Shown one piece after another: positions 37,381 through 47,076 of a stretch of DNA of 64,000 nucleotides. Location: the NCBI GenBank assembly GCA_963676835.2, contig CAXXFF010000002.1, positions 1,875,465-1,939,464 on the forward strand, written 5' to 3'. Within the stretch, counting starts at the first letter, position 1. Every line of letters starts with the position of its first letter. Both the position numbers and the translations under genes were made by a program. The DNA is from Marispirochaeta sp. (GTDB lineage Bacteria > Spirochaetota > Spirochaetia > JC444 > Marispirochaetaceae). Under the pieces are notes generated by a model. It worked only from the letters and a program-made list of their open reading frames with translations. It was not told the origin of the DNA and did not search any database.

Positions 37381-38112
37381 TTAATACATAAACAGACCGC
37401 CGTTCACATCAATGGTGGCACCGGTGGTAAAATCGTTTTCAATAAGATATTTGACCGCCTGGGCAATATGAATGGCCTGGCCGTTTCTTTTAAGGGGTGT
37501 ATTTTCCCTGAAGGTTTTCATCTTTTCCGGGGTGGAAACCTTTTCATGGAAAGGTGTTTCTATAACCCCCGGGGCAACAGCATTGACCCGTATTTTCGGA
37601 GCCAGTTCAGCGGCAGCACCACGGGTAAAAGTATCGAGGGCTCCCTTGCAGGCACCATAGATTGTCGCCGACGGCGCGCCGTGCCGCATGGCAATACTTG
37701 TCATGTTGATAATAACCGGATCATCTCCTTTTTCCAGCAAGGGAACACAGAGGGAGGTTATTTTCATTGTTGAAAAAGTATTCAGAGAAAAGGTCTCTAT
37801 CATAAAGTCCCAGTCGAGTTCGTTAATCGGCTGACGGTGAATAAGCCCTCCGGCATTGTTTACCAGAACATCCACCACGGGGAATAATTTTGCGCATTCA
37901 GCTACAAAGCGTTCACATTCCTCCGGTTTGGACAGGTCAGCCTGAATCAGGTGGGCTTTGCCGCCTTTAGCCTCCACATCTGCGGCCACTTTTTCAGCCG
38001 GCGCTTTCGATGAGTAGTAGTGAACAATAATTTCATTTTCAGGAGCAAGCAGCCGTGCGGTGTCTGCACCAATACCCGTACTTGCTCCTGTAATAATAAT
38101 TTTTTTTCCCAT
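37381..38112 (-). CDS. SDR oxidoreductase, resembles deoxy-hexoseulose-uronate (DEH) reductases
   Basis: TGASTGIG, NNAGGL, YGACKG, PG.I.TPFH. Confidence 0.8.
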   Translation of the reverse strand: MGKKIIITGASTGIGADTARLLAPENEIIVHYYSSKAPAEKVAADVEAKGGKAHLIQADLSKPEECERFVAECAKLFPVVDVLVNNAGGLIHRQPINELDWDFMIETFSLNTFSTMKITSLCVPLLEKGDDPVIINMTSIAMRHGAPSATIYGACKGALDTFTRGAAAELAPKIRVNAVAPGVIETPFHEKVSTPEKMKTFRENTPLKRNGQAIHIAQAVKYLIENDFTTGATIDVNGGLFMY

Positions 38113-38130
38113 ATAAGCTCCTTGAGAATG

Positions 38131-38147
38131 TATTGTAACGTTCCAAT
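38131..38147. promoter_or_regulatory. Second copy of the LacI-type operator, upstream of the SDR
   Basis: TATTGTAACGTTCCAAT is the reverse complement of 36129-36145. Confidence 0.75.
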
Positions 38148-38387
38148 AAGAATGTACCCCATCAAGGATGATTTGTACAAGGGAAAAAACAGCGAGAATT
38201 CAATACAGGTGTGATGTAAAAGGAGGGAGGGCCGGGCATGCATAACGCGTCGTTTGCGCGCTGAGACGGTGCACCGCCCCGTCTCAAAGAAGGAGTGCCC
38301 TGCAATGCATCCCACCTGGAGGCGTTTTGGCCTGGAATAAGGAGGCGGTGCAGTGCACCGCCTGTGCTGATGTCCGGCTTTTTGCTG

Positions 38388-39737
38388 TTAGGCCAGCTCT
38401 TCGATGTATTTCTTTGCCAGGAGGGCTGCTCCGCGAAGGGAGGACTGGTCGCGGTAGACATAGTTGCAGTCCCGCATCCAGAGTTTCTTGGCCTGTATCG
38501 TCAGATCGTTGGCGGCGCCGCCGGTGATGAACATATCGTCCTTCAGGGGAATTTCCAGAGAGATCTCTTTCAGGTGTTCCCGCTGATACTCCGCAAGTCC
38601 CCGTACCAGAGCTGCCAGGAGTTCATCTCTTCTGGTTTCCTGGTTCATGCCGGTAAACTCGGCTTTCAATGGATCCAGGGAGTAGCGTGAACCCATGAGG
38701 TAGGGAACATAGCGTACATTGCTGGTTTTGTGCATCCACTTGTTCAGGGCTTCGGGCATAAAGTCGGACCAGAACTGGTCGGGTGTCATTTCCGAGCAGA
38801 AAACCTGCTGGAACCATTCAAAAGCCTTTCCTCCGGCATTCATTACATAAAGGGTAAGCCAGCGGTCGGGCAGAACGTGGGCCCTGATGTTGTATTCAGT
38901 TGAAGGGTAACACTTGGGAAGACAGACCAGTGATATTTCGCAGGTTCCGTTTACATTAATGGACTGGCCGGGTTCGTTTACTCCTGCATCATATGCAGCC
39001 AGGGCCGCATCGTTTCCGCCGATGATGACGTATGGCTGTTTTTTAAAGCCAAGTTCCTGTGCCAGCTCTTTCTTTACAACACCGGCGCTGTCGTAGGAGT
39101 GGATTACCTTCGGTAGACGGTCTATGGAGAGATCAAAAGCTGAGGCAATCTCCTCATTCCAGGTAAGATCATTTTTGGTTGTATTATAAAGGGCGCTCAG
39201 AGATGCGGAAGATGGATCAATGGCAAAGTTTCCGGTAAGCCATTTGGCTACGAAGGTATTGGAGTGTCCGAAGCATGCTGTTTTCTCATAGGCCTCCGGT
39301 TCATTCTCCTTGATCCAGAGGATACTGGCCAGAGAACATCCACCTGCAACGGGCATGTTTGAAGTATCTGCCAGAATCTTTTCAAGTCCGACTTTCTTGA
39401 TAATATCAGCTGCCTGTTTGCGAGAACGCTGATCCAGCATCAGAATTGCCGGATAAGTGGCATTGCCGTCGGCATCCATGGCACTGAGACCGGGAGTTGT
39501 GCCGGACAGGGCCAGAGCATCAATATCGGCTATCAGGTCTGCCATGGCTTTGCATCCGTTGCGGAAGGCAATCTGCCATTTTTCCTGCTCGATATCACCG
39601 AATGTTCCGTCGTTGTAGACGTTTACATCATAGGGTTCGGAGTACTCTTTAATCTGCTCCAGATCTCCCGAGGCATTCTCTTTAAAAACCCCCATTTTCA
39701 TGGACGTGGTTCCGATGTCTACTCCAAGAATGTTCAT
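38388..39737 (-). CDS. FGGY-family carbohydrate kinase
   Basis: LGVDIGTTS.K, DQR, GGND, TGG. Confidence 0.9.
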   Translation of the reverse strand: MNILGVDIGTTSMKMGVFKENASGDLEQIKEYSEPYDVNVYNDGTFGDIEQEKWQIAFRNGCKAMADLIADIDALALSGTTPGLSAMDADGNATYPAILMLDQRSRKQAADIIKKVGLEKILADTSNMPVAGGCSLASILWIKENEPEAYEKTACFGHSNTFVAKWLTGNFAIDPSSASLSALYNTTKNDLTWNEEIASAFDLSIDRLPKVIHSYDSAGVVKKELAQELGFKKQPYVIIGGNDAALAAYDAGVNEPGQSINVNGTCEISLVCLPKCYPSTEYNIRAHVLPDRWLTLYVMNAGGKAFEWFQQVFCSEMTPDQFWSDFMPEALNKWMHKTSNVRYVPYLMGSRYSLDPLKAEFTGMNQETRRDELLAALVRGLAEYQREHLKEISLEIPLKDDMFITGGAANDLTIQAKKLWMRDCNYVYRDQSSLRGAALLAKKYIEELA

Positions 39738-39833
39738 CTGCCGCTCCTTTTTGCTTGTTGTTGTAAGTTCAGTTATAAAAGTAATCCCTCCGGCTTACGC
39801 GGAGGGATTGAGCGCCGGCTGAGCCGGCGTGTA

Positions 39834-40796
39834 TCAGGCAATAAAATTCTTTACTGAATCTTTTATCTGATCCGACTGCAGTCCATAGAGACCCAGAAGC
39901 GCATCGTAGGGTCCGTTGGATGCATACAGATCGTTCACGCCGATCCGGAGTACCGGTACCGGGTGTTTTGCAGAACATACTTCTGCTACTGCACTGCCGA
40001 GTCCGCCGGAAGTGTAGTGCTCCTCAACAGTTACAATGCGACCGGTTTTCTCCGCTGCTTCAAGAACAAGCTCCTCATCCAGAGGCTTGATGGTGTGCAT
40101 GTCTATCAGGCATACACTTACACCTTCTGCTTCGAGGGCCATAGCTGCGGTAACCGCATTTGCCAGCATGGTGCCGGTTGCTATTATGGTTACATCAGAT
40201 CCGTCCATCAGGGTTATTCCCTTACCGGCTTTAAACTCAACATCTTCGGGGTAAATGCCGGGCATGGGAGGACTTCCGATACGCAGGTATACAGGTCCGT
40301 CGATTTCTGCTGCGGCCTGCACTGTTTTGTGAATGCTCACGGGATCGCCGGGGTTGAGGATTGTAACACCGGGAATGGTGCGGATAATTCCGTAGTCATC
40401 CAGTGAGTGGTGGGTCGGTCCCAGATGGGAGTAGGTAAGACCCGCACAGCGGCCTACAACCTTGGCATTCTGGTTCATATATCCCAGGTCATTTCGAAAC
40501 ATCTCGTAGGGACGGGCAGTTACGAAAGGTGCAATGGCTGCGTAAAAAGGAATAAGCCCGGTGGAGGCCATTCCTGCTGCATATCCTACTGCTCCCTGCT
40601 CCATAATTCCGAACTCAAAGTGACGCTCGGGGAAGGCCTGGGCAAAGGGGCCCATGCCTGATCCGGAGGAGCTGTCGGTGGATATGGCAACAACTTTGGG
40701 ATTTTTATCTCCTGCTGCTTTCAGGGCTTCTCCGAAGACCTTTCGGGGATCCTTGGCTTCGGTAAAGGTTCTGTTCCAGTTGGTAATCTTCTTCAT
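39834..40796 (-). CDS. Split transketolase, C-terminal subunit
   Basis: GIMEQ, GPTHHS, KPLD, EEH. Confidence 0.92.
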   Translation of the reverse strand: MKKITNWNRTFTEAKDPRKVFGEALKAAGDKNPKVVAISTDSSSGSGMGPFAQAFPERHFEFGIMEQGAVGYAAGMASTGLIPFYAAIAPFVTARPYEMFRNDLGYMNQNAKVVGRCAGLTYSHLGPTHHSLDDYGIIRTIPGVTILNPGDPVSIHKTVQAAAEIDGPVYLRIGSPPMPGIYPEDVEFKAGKGITLMDGSDVTIIATGTMLANAVTAAMALEAEGVSVCLIDMHTIKPLDEELVLEAAEKTGRIVTVEEHYTSGGLGSAVAEVCSAKHPVPVLRIGVNDLYASNGPYDALLGLYGLQSDQIKDSVKNFIA

Positions 40797-41665
40797 TATG
40801 CACCTTTCCCCGCGCTTGCAAGAGCTTCTTTCATTTTCTTAAGGTCCGCATCTGCTGCAGCCAGTTCATCGGCATTGGCCTTCCAGTAGTGGTAGGCTGC
40901 CTTGCCTTCTGCAAAAGCGAGTCCCTTGGATTTTACCGTGTCGGCAATAATTACCGAGGGTTTTCCTTTTTCGAAGGGAACTGCGTCGAGGGCGGCAGTG
41001 ACTGCTTCAATGTCGTTTCCGTCTATGGTTTTAACACTCCAGCCGAAGGCCGCCCAGCGGTCTTCCAGGGGTTCGTAACTCATTACTTCTGTGGTTTTTC
41101 CGCCGATCTGCAGGCCGTTACGGTCTACAAAGGCCACCAGGTTGTCCAGCTTATGGAATGACGCGGCAGCAGCAGCTTCCCAGTTGGAACCTTCCGCCTG
41201 TTCGCCGTCGCCCATAAGAACATAGACGTTATTATCTTTTTTCTGGGCCTTAAGGCCCATGGCCATTCCGCCGGCGATGGAGAGACCGTGGCCGAGGGCT
41301 CCGGTATTCGCCTCAACACCGGGCTGCTTCTGCATGCTCGGGTGGCCGGGGAGGGGTGATTTCAGATCACCGTAGGTATCGAGGTAATCATCGGGCAGGA
41401 AGCCTTTCTCTGACAGTGCTGCATAGAGAATAAGGCATTTGTGTCCTGCGGAGAGAATAAATCTGTCTCTGTCTTCCCAGTCAGGTTTTTTCGGGTCAAC
41501 CTTCATGGTTCGAAAATAGAGGGCAGTCATAATTTCGGTGGCCGAGAGGGCCCCGCCGAGGTGACCGGATCCGGACGCTTTTATCATGCGCAGAACCCGC
41601 TCACGGAGGGCAAGGGCCTTCCCTTCCAGTTCAAGTTTTTCTGTGGCAGTCAAGCTCATCTTCAC
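40796..41665 (-). CDS. Split transketolase, N-terminal subunit
   Basis: DRFILSAGH, GHP, TGALGHG, GDGE..EGSNWE. Confidence 0.92.
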   Translation of the reverse strand: MKMSLTATEKLELEGKALALRERVLRMIKASGSGHLGGALSATEIMTALYFRTMKVDPKKPDWEDRDRFILSAGHKCLILYAALSEKGFLPDDYLDTYGDLKSPLPGHPSMQKQPGVEANTGALGHGLSIAGGMAMGLKAQKKDNNVYVLMGDGEQAEGSNWEAAAAASFHKLDNLVAFVDRNGLQIGGKTTEVMSYEPLEDRWAAFGWSVKTIDGNDIEAVTAALDAVPFEKGKPSVIIADTVKSKGLAFAEGKAAYHYWKANADELAAADADLKKMKEALASAGKGA

Positions 41666-41668
41666 ATC

Positions 41669-42118
41669 CTACTTGCTATGCGCTTCGGCATAGTCGGTAA
41701 TTGCTTTAACCTTGGGTTCAGACCGGCACCCGTCTTCCCATTCCGCTTCCAGGTAGGTTTTCACCATCTGTACTGCGATAACAGGCCCGATTGTCTGAGC
41801 TCCCATGGTCATTACATTGGTGTTGTTGCTCTTGATTGCCCGCTCTGCTGAGTAAACATCGGTACAGAGAGCCGCATAACAGCCGGGGACCTTGTTGGCA
41901 GCAATGCTTACACCGATACCGGTACCACAGATGATGATTCCTCTGTCGTATTCACCTTTGGCAACTGCTTCACCCACTTTGAATGCCACGTTGGCATAAA
42001 TGGGGTCATCACTTCCCATATCAGCATATTCATAACCCCAGTCGTCAAGACTCTTTTTGATGATCTCTTTTAAATCGCTTGCGTTCGGGTCACAGCCGAT
42101 GGCGACTCTCTTTTTCAT
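41669..42118 (-). CDS. rpiB: RpiB/LacAB-family sugar-phosphate isomerase
   Basis: IGCD, GIIICGTGIG.SIAANK, NN.NV..MG. Confidence 0.85.
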   Translation of the reverse strand: MKKRVAIGCDPNASDLKEIIKKSLDDWGYEYADMGSDDPIYANVAFKVGEAVAKGEYDRGIIICGTGIGVSIAANKVPGCYAALCTDVYSAERAIKSNNTNVMTMGAQTIGPVIAVQMVKTYLEAEWEDGCRSEPKVKAITDYAEAHSK

Positions 42119-42143
42119 GTTTACTCCTTCTATTTATAAACGC

Positions 42144-43493
42144 CTATTTTGCTCCATTGGCGGCGTTCATAAATCTTCTCTGGTAAGATACTACCTGGTT
42201 TGCGCTGGTGAAACGGGCCAGATACTGCGGTTCGGCAGTTATAACGATCCGGTCGGTCATGTCGACAAACTCTGGCTCAGCCAGCAGACGGTCGATATCC
42301 GGATAGTTGTAATCACCTTCCATACTGCAGATAATCAGCTTTGTTTCAGGCAGGTTGACCTGTCTCAGCATGCGTAAATTATGCCGAACGCCATCGAGGC
42401 CGTCAATACGCTCATCTGTGTCTGCGCCTCTCTCTTTTACAATCCGGCGGCCGGTTTTCATTACCTCGATAAGATTGAGATCTGCATCGCCCTTGGCAAG
42501 GTAGTCGGTTTTAACCATGTAGGCCCGCAGGTCTTCCAGGTATTTCGCGTCTTCGGTCAGGTCGAAGATATCAAGAAACTTCTTGATTTCTGTGGTCTGG
42601 GTAAGCCGGTGACGGACGAAGCTGTTGATAAAGTAGGGCTTGGCCTGAAGAGCCATGGCGGTCTGCCAGGGTTCAAACATCAGAGTAAAGTTGATTCTGA
42701 ATCCCCGCTCCCGCAGCATCATGGCAAGGTTGTGGCCTCTGAGGGCGTCTTCAGTACTGCCTTTGGTGAAGTGGTTGCTGAAAAGTTTATCACCTTCGAG
42801 CAGTTCACCGACATTATCTCTGTTTACCGGTCCTGTGTGGGGAATCTTGACAACTACCCGGTAGTCGGAGAGCATTTCCCGGAAATGTTCAGCCTCTTCA
42901 ATGATTTTCTCGGGGTCATCGAAGGGGTTGTTCACTTCTACGCTTATATCACAACCGGGGCCGAGGATATCGCCCAGGGCTTTCATTACTTCATCCCGGT
43001 CTTTGTACTTGTTGCCTATGTTGGCTTTGGGGTTATTGATAAACAGATCGTAAACAATACCGGGGTTACAGGTAAGGTTTGCCAGCTGATTGCTGATGGC
43101 TGCTACTTCGTAGGGGTTTGCGCTGTCCGCGGAAAAGAGGTAGTTTGTCGCCCGTTTCTGTCCGTTCTTGTCGTAGCAGATGTCCCTGACGAGGTCTGCG
43201 CGAAGAACACCTTCTGCTTCGAGGTTGAGGTCGATGCGGAATCCTGCGGGGGTTTCCTTTTCGGGAGTAGGGAAGGTATCCATAACCTTCTTGAAATTCT
43301 CAGTTACTCCGATGTGGCGTACCAGGGGCCAGATTTCCCGGTACTCTTCCCAGCGAATGGGCATGTCGAGGATATGGTTAAGGTATTTTGCGTCCTCATT
43401 TATCAGGCTGGTTTCTTCGCCTGTAAGGGAGCGCAGGTTTGCAGTAAGGTTGGGCCGTAAAGGTGCCGTGCGGCCGAGGTTGGAAAGATCCAT
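42144..43493 (-). CDS. Long transaldolase/FSA-family protein
   Basis: F.ADSA, TCNP, VKIP Schiff-base Lys, INFTLMF; GGAGG RBS before ATG 43493. Confidence 0.75.
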   Translation of the reverse strand: MDLSNLGRTAPLRPNLTANLRSLTGEETSLINEDAKYLNHILDMPIRWEEYREIWPLVRHIGVTENFKKVMDTFPTPEKETPAGFRIDLNLEAEGVLRADLVRDICYDKNGQKRATNYLFSADSANPYEVAAISNQLANLTCNPGIVYDLFINNPKANIGNKYKDRDEVMKALGDILGPGCDISVEVNNPFDDPEKIIEEAEHFREMLSDYRVVVKIPHTGPVNRDNVGELLEGDKLFSNHFTKGSTEDALRGHNLAMMLRERGFRINFTLMFEPWQTAMALQAKPYFINSFVRHRLTQTTEIKKFLDIFDLTEDAKYLEDLRAYMVKTDYLAKGDADLNLIEVMKTGRRIVKERGADTDERIDGLDGVRHNLRMLRQVNLPETKLIICSMEGDYNYPDIDRLLAEPEFVDMTDRIVITAEPQYLARFTSANQVVSYQRRFMNAANGAK

Positions 43494-43520
43494 GGATTTC
43501 CTCCGTATATCAGTCAAATT

Positions 43521-43568
43521 AAGTGGATAGGCCACTTGGTGCTTACTGTAATTGGTGGATAGGCCACC
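43521..43568. promoter_or_regulatory. Paired palindromic operators GTGGATAGGCCAC (probable HutC/GntR sites)
   Basis: Identical 13-mers at 43523 and 43555; degenerate third copy near 43649. Confidence 0.65.
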
Positions 43569-43719
43569 TGTCAAGTAAAAAGGGTGATTTCCCCTGTTTT
43601 TCCCGAAAATTTCAGGGTAATCAGGCGGTTATTAAAGAAAAGGTGATCAGTGGCTTGGCCATTTAGTTGATTTTGCTCAAGCTATAGGTTACACTGTTCC
43701 CAAGGCGGTAGTATTTCAG

Positions 43720-44480
43720 ATGATAAATAAGGACCCGATATATCAACAGCTTAACCGACTCCTCAGAAGAAAGCTCACTTCCGGGGAGTATCAGGTGGGC
43801 GATAAGTTTCTTACGGAAAGAATGATCTGTGAACAGTATGATGTGAGCAGGGCGACGGCAAATAAATCTCTTTCAAGCCTTGTCTCTGAAGGGTTGCTGG
43901 AATTCAGAAAGGGCGTCGGTACTTTTATCCGCTCGAAGCCGACGGCGGGTAAACTTTTAAAGCTTAACAGTTTTACCGAGAATGCCAGGCTGGCCGGGTA
44001 CGATACGAAATCATCGGTTCTTCGCTTTGAACGCCTCAAGGCACGGGTTATTGAACCTATTATTGCAGAGAAGCTGCAGGTTAATCCTGAAGATGATATT
44101 TACCATATAGAGCGGCTGAGAACTGCAAACAAAGTGCCCATGATTCTGGAAAACCGCTATATCGTAACCAAATTCTGCCCCGATTTGTTTGAGCAGAGCC
44201 TTCAGGCTCACTTTATCAGCTGTTTACCGATAAATATGATCTGAATATTACCGGCACCGATGAAACCATAAATGCCGTATCTCTAACAAAAGAAGAAGCT
44301 GATCTTCTGGATATAGAAGAGGGGAAAGCCGGTTTTCAGGTAACCGCCATGGGGTATATAGATGACTATATTCCTCTCTGGTGGGAACGAACCATTCATA
44401 AGCCCGACGCTTTTGAATACCGCTGTCAAATCCGTCCGAATCAGGGCCAGCAGGAACTGAAAGGGCATCTTAAAATCTGA
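43720..44480 (+). pseudogene. GntR/HutC-family (UTRA) regulator with a 1-nt frameshift
   Basis: wHTH and start of UTRA in the 43720 frame; UTRA continues in another frame from ~44205 (GSLYQLFTDKY...EEADLL...WWERT) to TGA 44480. Confidence 0.8.
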
Positions 44481-44513
44481 TTTTTATCACAGGATATTTT
44501 CAAGGAGATTCAA

Positions 44514-45416
44514 ATGGACTACAAAAGCAAACTGGACGGTGTATTTCCGCCCTGTGTATCAGTTTTCGAAGAGGGAACAGAAGAGGTTTCCTACACCAAG
44601 ATCAGGGAAAACCTGGAAAAATACAATGAAACCTCTATCCGGGGTTTTATGCCTCTGGGAACCAATGGTGAGTTTAAAAGCCTGAGTGATGAAGAATCGC
44701 TGAAGGTTATAGAAACCTACACACGCTACAGAAAACCTGAAAAGAGCATTCTTGCCGGAGCCGGCCGGGAATCGGTTAAAGCAACAGTGGAACTGATAAA
44801 GAAATATGCCGGTTTCGGTGTGGACTTCGCTTCTCTTCTGCCGCCTCATTACTTTGCATCCGCCATGGATCATGATGCCCTGGTACGGTATTACACCAGT
44901 GTCGCAGATGCTTCTCCCATTCCTGTTCTGCTTTACAATATTCCCAAGTTTGCCGGCGGGGTTCTTATTACTGAAGAGCTGATTAAGGCGGTTGCCAACC
45001 ACCCTAACATCGCAGGAATGAAGGATACCTCTTCCGAGCCGATTGTGCCTTACATTAAGGCTGTTCCTGAAGGATCAAACTTTTTTATCCTTGCAGGTAC
45101 GATTAATAAGTTCTTTGAAGGACTGCAGAACGGTGCCATCGGCGGAGTACTCTCCATTGCCGACTATCTGCCGGAAAAATGCTGTGAACTGCAGCAGATT
45201 TATGAGTCCGGAGATACTGCCAAGGCTGCGGATTTTGATGTCTGGATCCGGACTGTAAGTTCCAAGGCTGCAGGGAAGTTCGGGGTACCCGGAGTTAAAG
45301 CCGCCATGGACATGGTCGGCTATAACGGCGGCGCACCCCGTCAGCCTCTGAAGCCGCTTTCTGATGAGCAGAAAGCAGGCCTTAAAGCAGCCCTCGATGC
45401 AGAAGGTCTGCTGTAA
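44514..45416 (+). CDS. DHDPS/NAL-family aldolase (HOGA/KDG aldolase-like)
   Basis: GTNGEF, LLYNIP, GMKDTS. Confidence 0.88.
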   Translation: MDYKSKLDGVFPPCVSVFEEGTEEVSYTKIRENLEKYNETSIRGFMPLGTNGEFKSLSDEESLKVIETYTRYRKPEKSILAGAGRESVKATVELIKKYAGFGVDFASLLPPHYFASAMDHDALVRYYTSVADASPIPVLLYNIPKFAGGVLITEELIKAVANHPNIAGMKDTSSEPIVPYIKAVPEGSNFFILAGTINKFFEGLQNGAIGGVLSIADYLPEKCCELQQIYESGDTAKAADFDVWIRTVSSKAAGKFGVPGVKAAMDMVGYNGGAPRQPLKPLSDEQKAGLKAALDAEGLL

Positions 45417-45428
45417 GTTCTAAAGAGG

Positions 45429-46118
45429 CTATATGCTGAATCCGTCGTCTTCCTTGTCTGAGGATGACGGCGGAGACGGCTTTTTCGGTTCCGCTTCCCG
45501 GTCAGTCTGTTCCGTGCTTCCTTGCCGATCAGGTTCCGGCCGGCTGTCGTCTCCGTCACCGCTGTTATTCCGTTTTGCCGCAAGAAATCCCAGGGCGGTA
45601 ATAATTCCCAGAACCTTTAAAAGAACCTGAATCAGTATCAGTCCGGCTATTCCGTATAAAAGGTAGGGAGTAAAACGCAGTATCTGCCATATCAGGGTCA
45701 TTCCCGGCTGAAGTATGCCGAAATCGGGGTGTTGTGGATCGTAGTAGACATCCACAGTCCCTCCCACCGGGTAATCGTTGAGCTTTCTTTGTGCCAGAAA
45801 GCGGACAGATGTAGATGATGTTCCGCCCATATCGAATGAGGATGTACTGTACTCTTTTCCGTCAATCCTGTAGCTGACAGATACCCGGGCGGAGTACATC
45901 TGCTGAGTTTTTCCGTCATGTCTCTGGGTAAAAGAATCAATTTCAGCTTCGGTAACGGTGCCGGGAACGCTGGGCCACTGTTCTGACTCTTTGGTTGCCT
46001 TGATCAGGTCGGTGGTAAAAAAACTTAGAACAAAGCCGAAACCGACCAGAAAAACTGCCGTCAGCAGACCTGCTTTCTGAGACTTTCTGCCGCTGTTTCC
46101 GGCGGTGGATATCTGCAT
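45429..46118 (-). CDS. DUF3592-like membrane protein
   Basis: TM, W....G.V, Y..G..V.VYYDP..P, TM pattern. Confidence 0.7.
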   Translation of the reverse strand: MQISTAGNSGRKSQKAGLLTAVFLVGFGFVLSFFTTDLIKATKESEQWPSVPGTVTEAEIDSFTQRHDGKTQQMYSARVSVSYRIDGKEYSTSSFDMGGTSSTSVRFLAQRKLNDYPVGGTVDVYYDPQHPDFGILQPGMTLIWQILRFTPYLLYGIAGLILIQVLLKVLGIITALGFLAAKRNNSGDGDDSRPEPDRQGSTEQTDREAEPKKPSPPSSSDKEDDGFSI

Positions 46119-46135
46119 GCTGTACCTCTCTTTAC

Positions 46136-46915
46136 TTACATCCTGTTAATAATGCTGCTTAAATTGCCTATGGGTTTGTTGCCGGTGCCGCCGCTGGCTG
46201 GAAGGTTTTTGAGCAGAGACTGAGCCATCCTTGAGGCTGGAGTGCTCTGCAGCAGTACAGTTCCCCTTCCTTTAAGAGTTGTAACAAAGAGTCCTTCACC
46301 GCCGAAGAGCATGGAGCCAATATTTCCTGCAGGTGCTATGTCGTAGTCAATTCCGTCGGTAAAAGCCACGAGGCTTCCGGTATCCACCCGGAGCATTTCT
46401 CCGTTCAGCTGTTTCTTTATTATCTTTCCGCCGGCATGGACAATAAACTTGCCGTCTCCCCGGGCCCGCTGAAGAATAAAACCTTCTCCTCCGAAAAATC
46501 CCGATCCCAGCTTTTTTGTAAAGGTAACAGAAATGCTTGTTCCTTTGGCGGCACAGAGAAAAGCATCCCGCTGGCAGGTTATGGCGCCGCCGATTTTTGC
46601 CAGATCAATTCCGACAATGCTTCCTGGTATATTCCCTGCAAAGGCGACGGTTTTGCGGCCGGATCCTGTATTGGTAAAGTGGGTAAGAAAAAGGCTTTCT
46701 CCGGAGAGAACCCGTTTTCCTGCGGAAAAGAGCTTTCCCATAAGCCCCTGGTCGGGGTTTGACCCGTCCCCCATTTTTGCTTCCCAGGAAATGCCTTCTT
46801 CCATATATACCATGGCGCCGGCTTCGGCAATCACCGTTTCGCCCGGATCAAGGACAATATCCACATACTGAACGCCTTCTCCGAGAACCTCATAATCTAT
46901 TTCATGACTGGCCAT
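46136..46915 (-). CDS. AIM24/TIGR00266-family protein
   Basis: [19 protein letters not shown] repeats. Confidence 0.88.
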   Translation of the reverse strand: MASHEIDYEVLGEGVQYVDIVLDPGETVIAEAGAMVYMEEGISWEAKMGDGSNPDQGLMGKLFSAGKRVLSGESLFLTHFTNTGSGRKTVAFAGNIPGSIVGIDLAKIGGAITCQRDAFLCAAKGTSISVTFTKKLGSGFFGGEGFILQRARGDGKFIVHAGGKIIKKQLNGEMLRVDTGSLVAFTDGIDYDIAPAGNIGSMLFGGEGLFVTTLKGRGTVLLQSTPASRMAQSLLKNLPASGGTGNKPIGNLSSIINRM

Positions 46916-47002
46916 AACATCTCCTTTTTTCTTTTTATGGTTTCCTGTCTTTTTACAGAAGAAAAAGACACATACAAGTATATCATAATCCTCAGGGTGA
47001 AT

Positions 47003-47034
47003 AAAAAAAGCTGCCGGTTTTGCCGGCAGCTTTT
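47003..47034 (-). terminator. Intrinsic terminator after dctM
   Basis: aaaaaaagctgccgg-tttt-gccggcagctttt. Confidence 0.75.
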
Positions 47035-47076
47035 CCATCATTTTTTACATAGGTTGTTTACATGAAATCCCCACAC

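Noticed and set aside
44195..44215. Programmed ribosomal frameshift in the HutC regulator
   Set aside because: No slippery heptamer or stimulatory structure seen; a simple 1-nt deletion or sequence error explains it
44514..45416. Calling the aldolase dapA because asd is in the window
   Set aside because: It is 32 kb from asd, lies in a catabolic context, and has GTNGE rather than the DapA GTTGE motif
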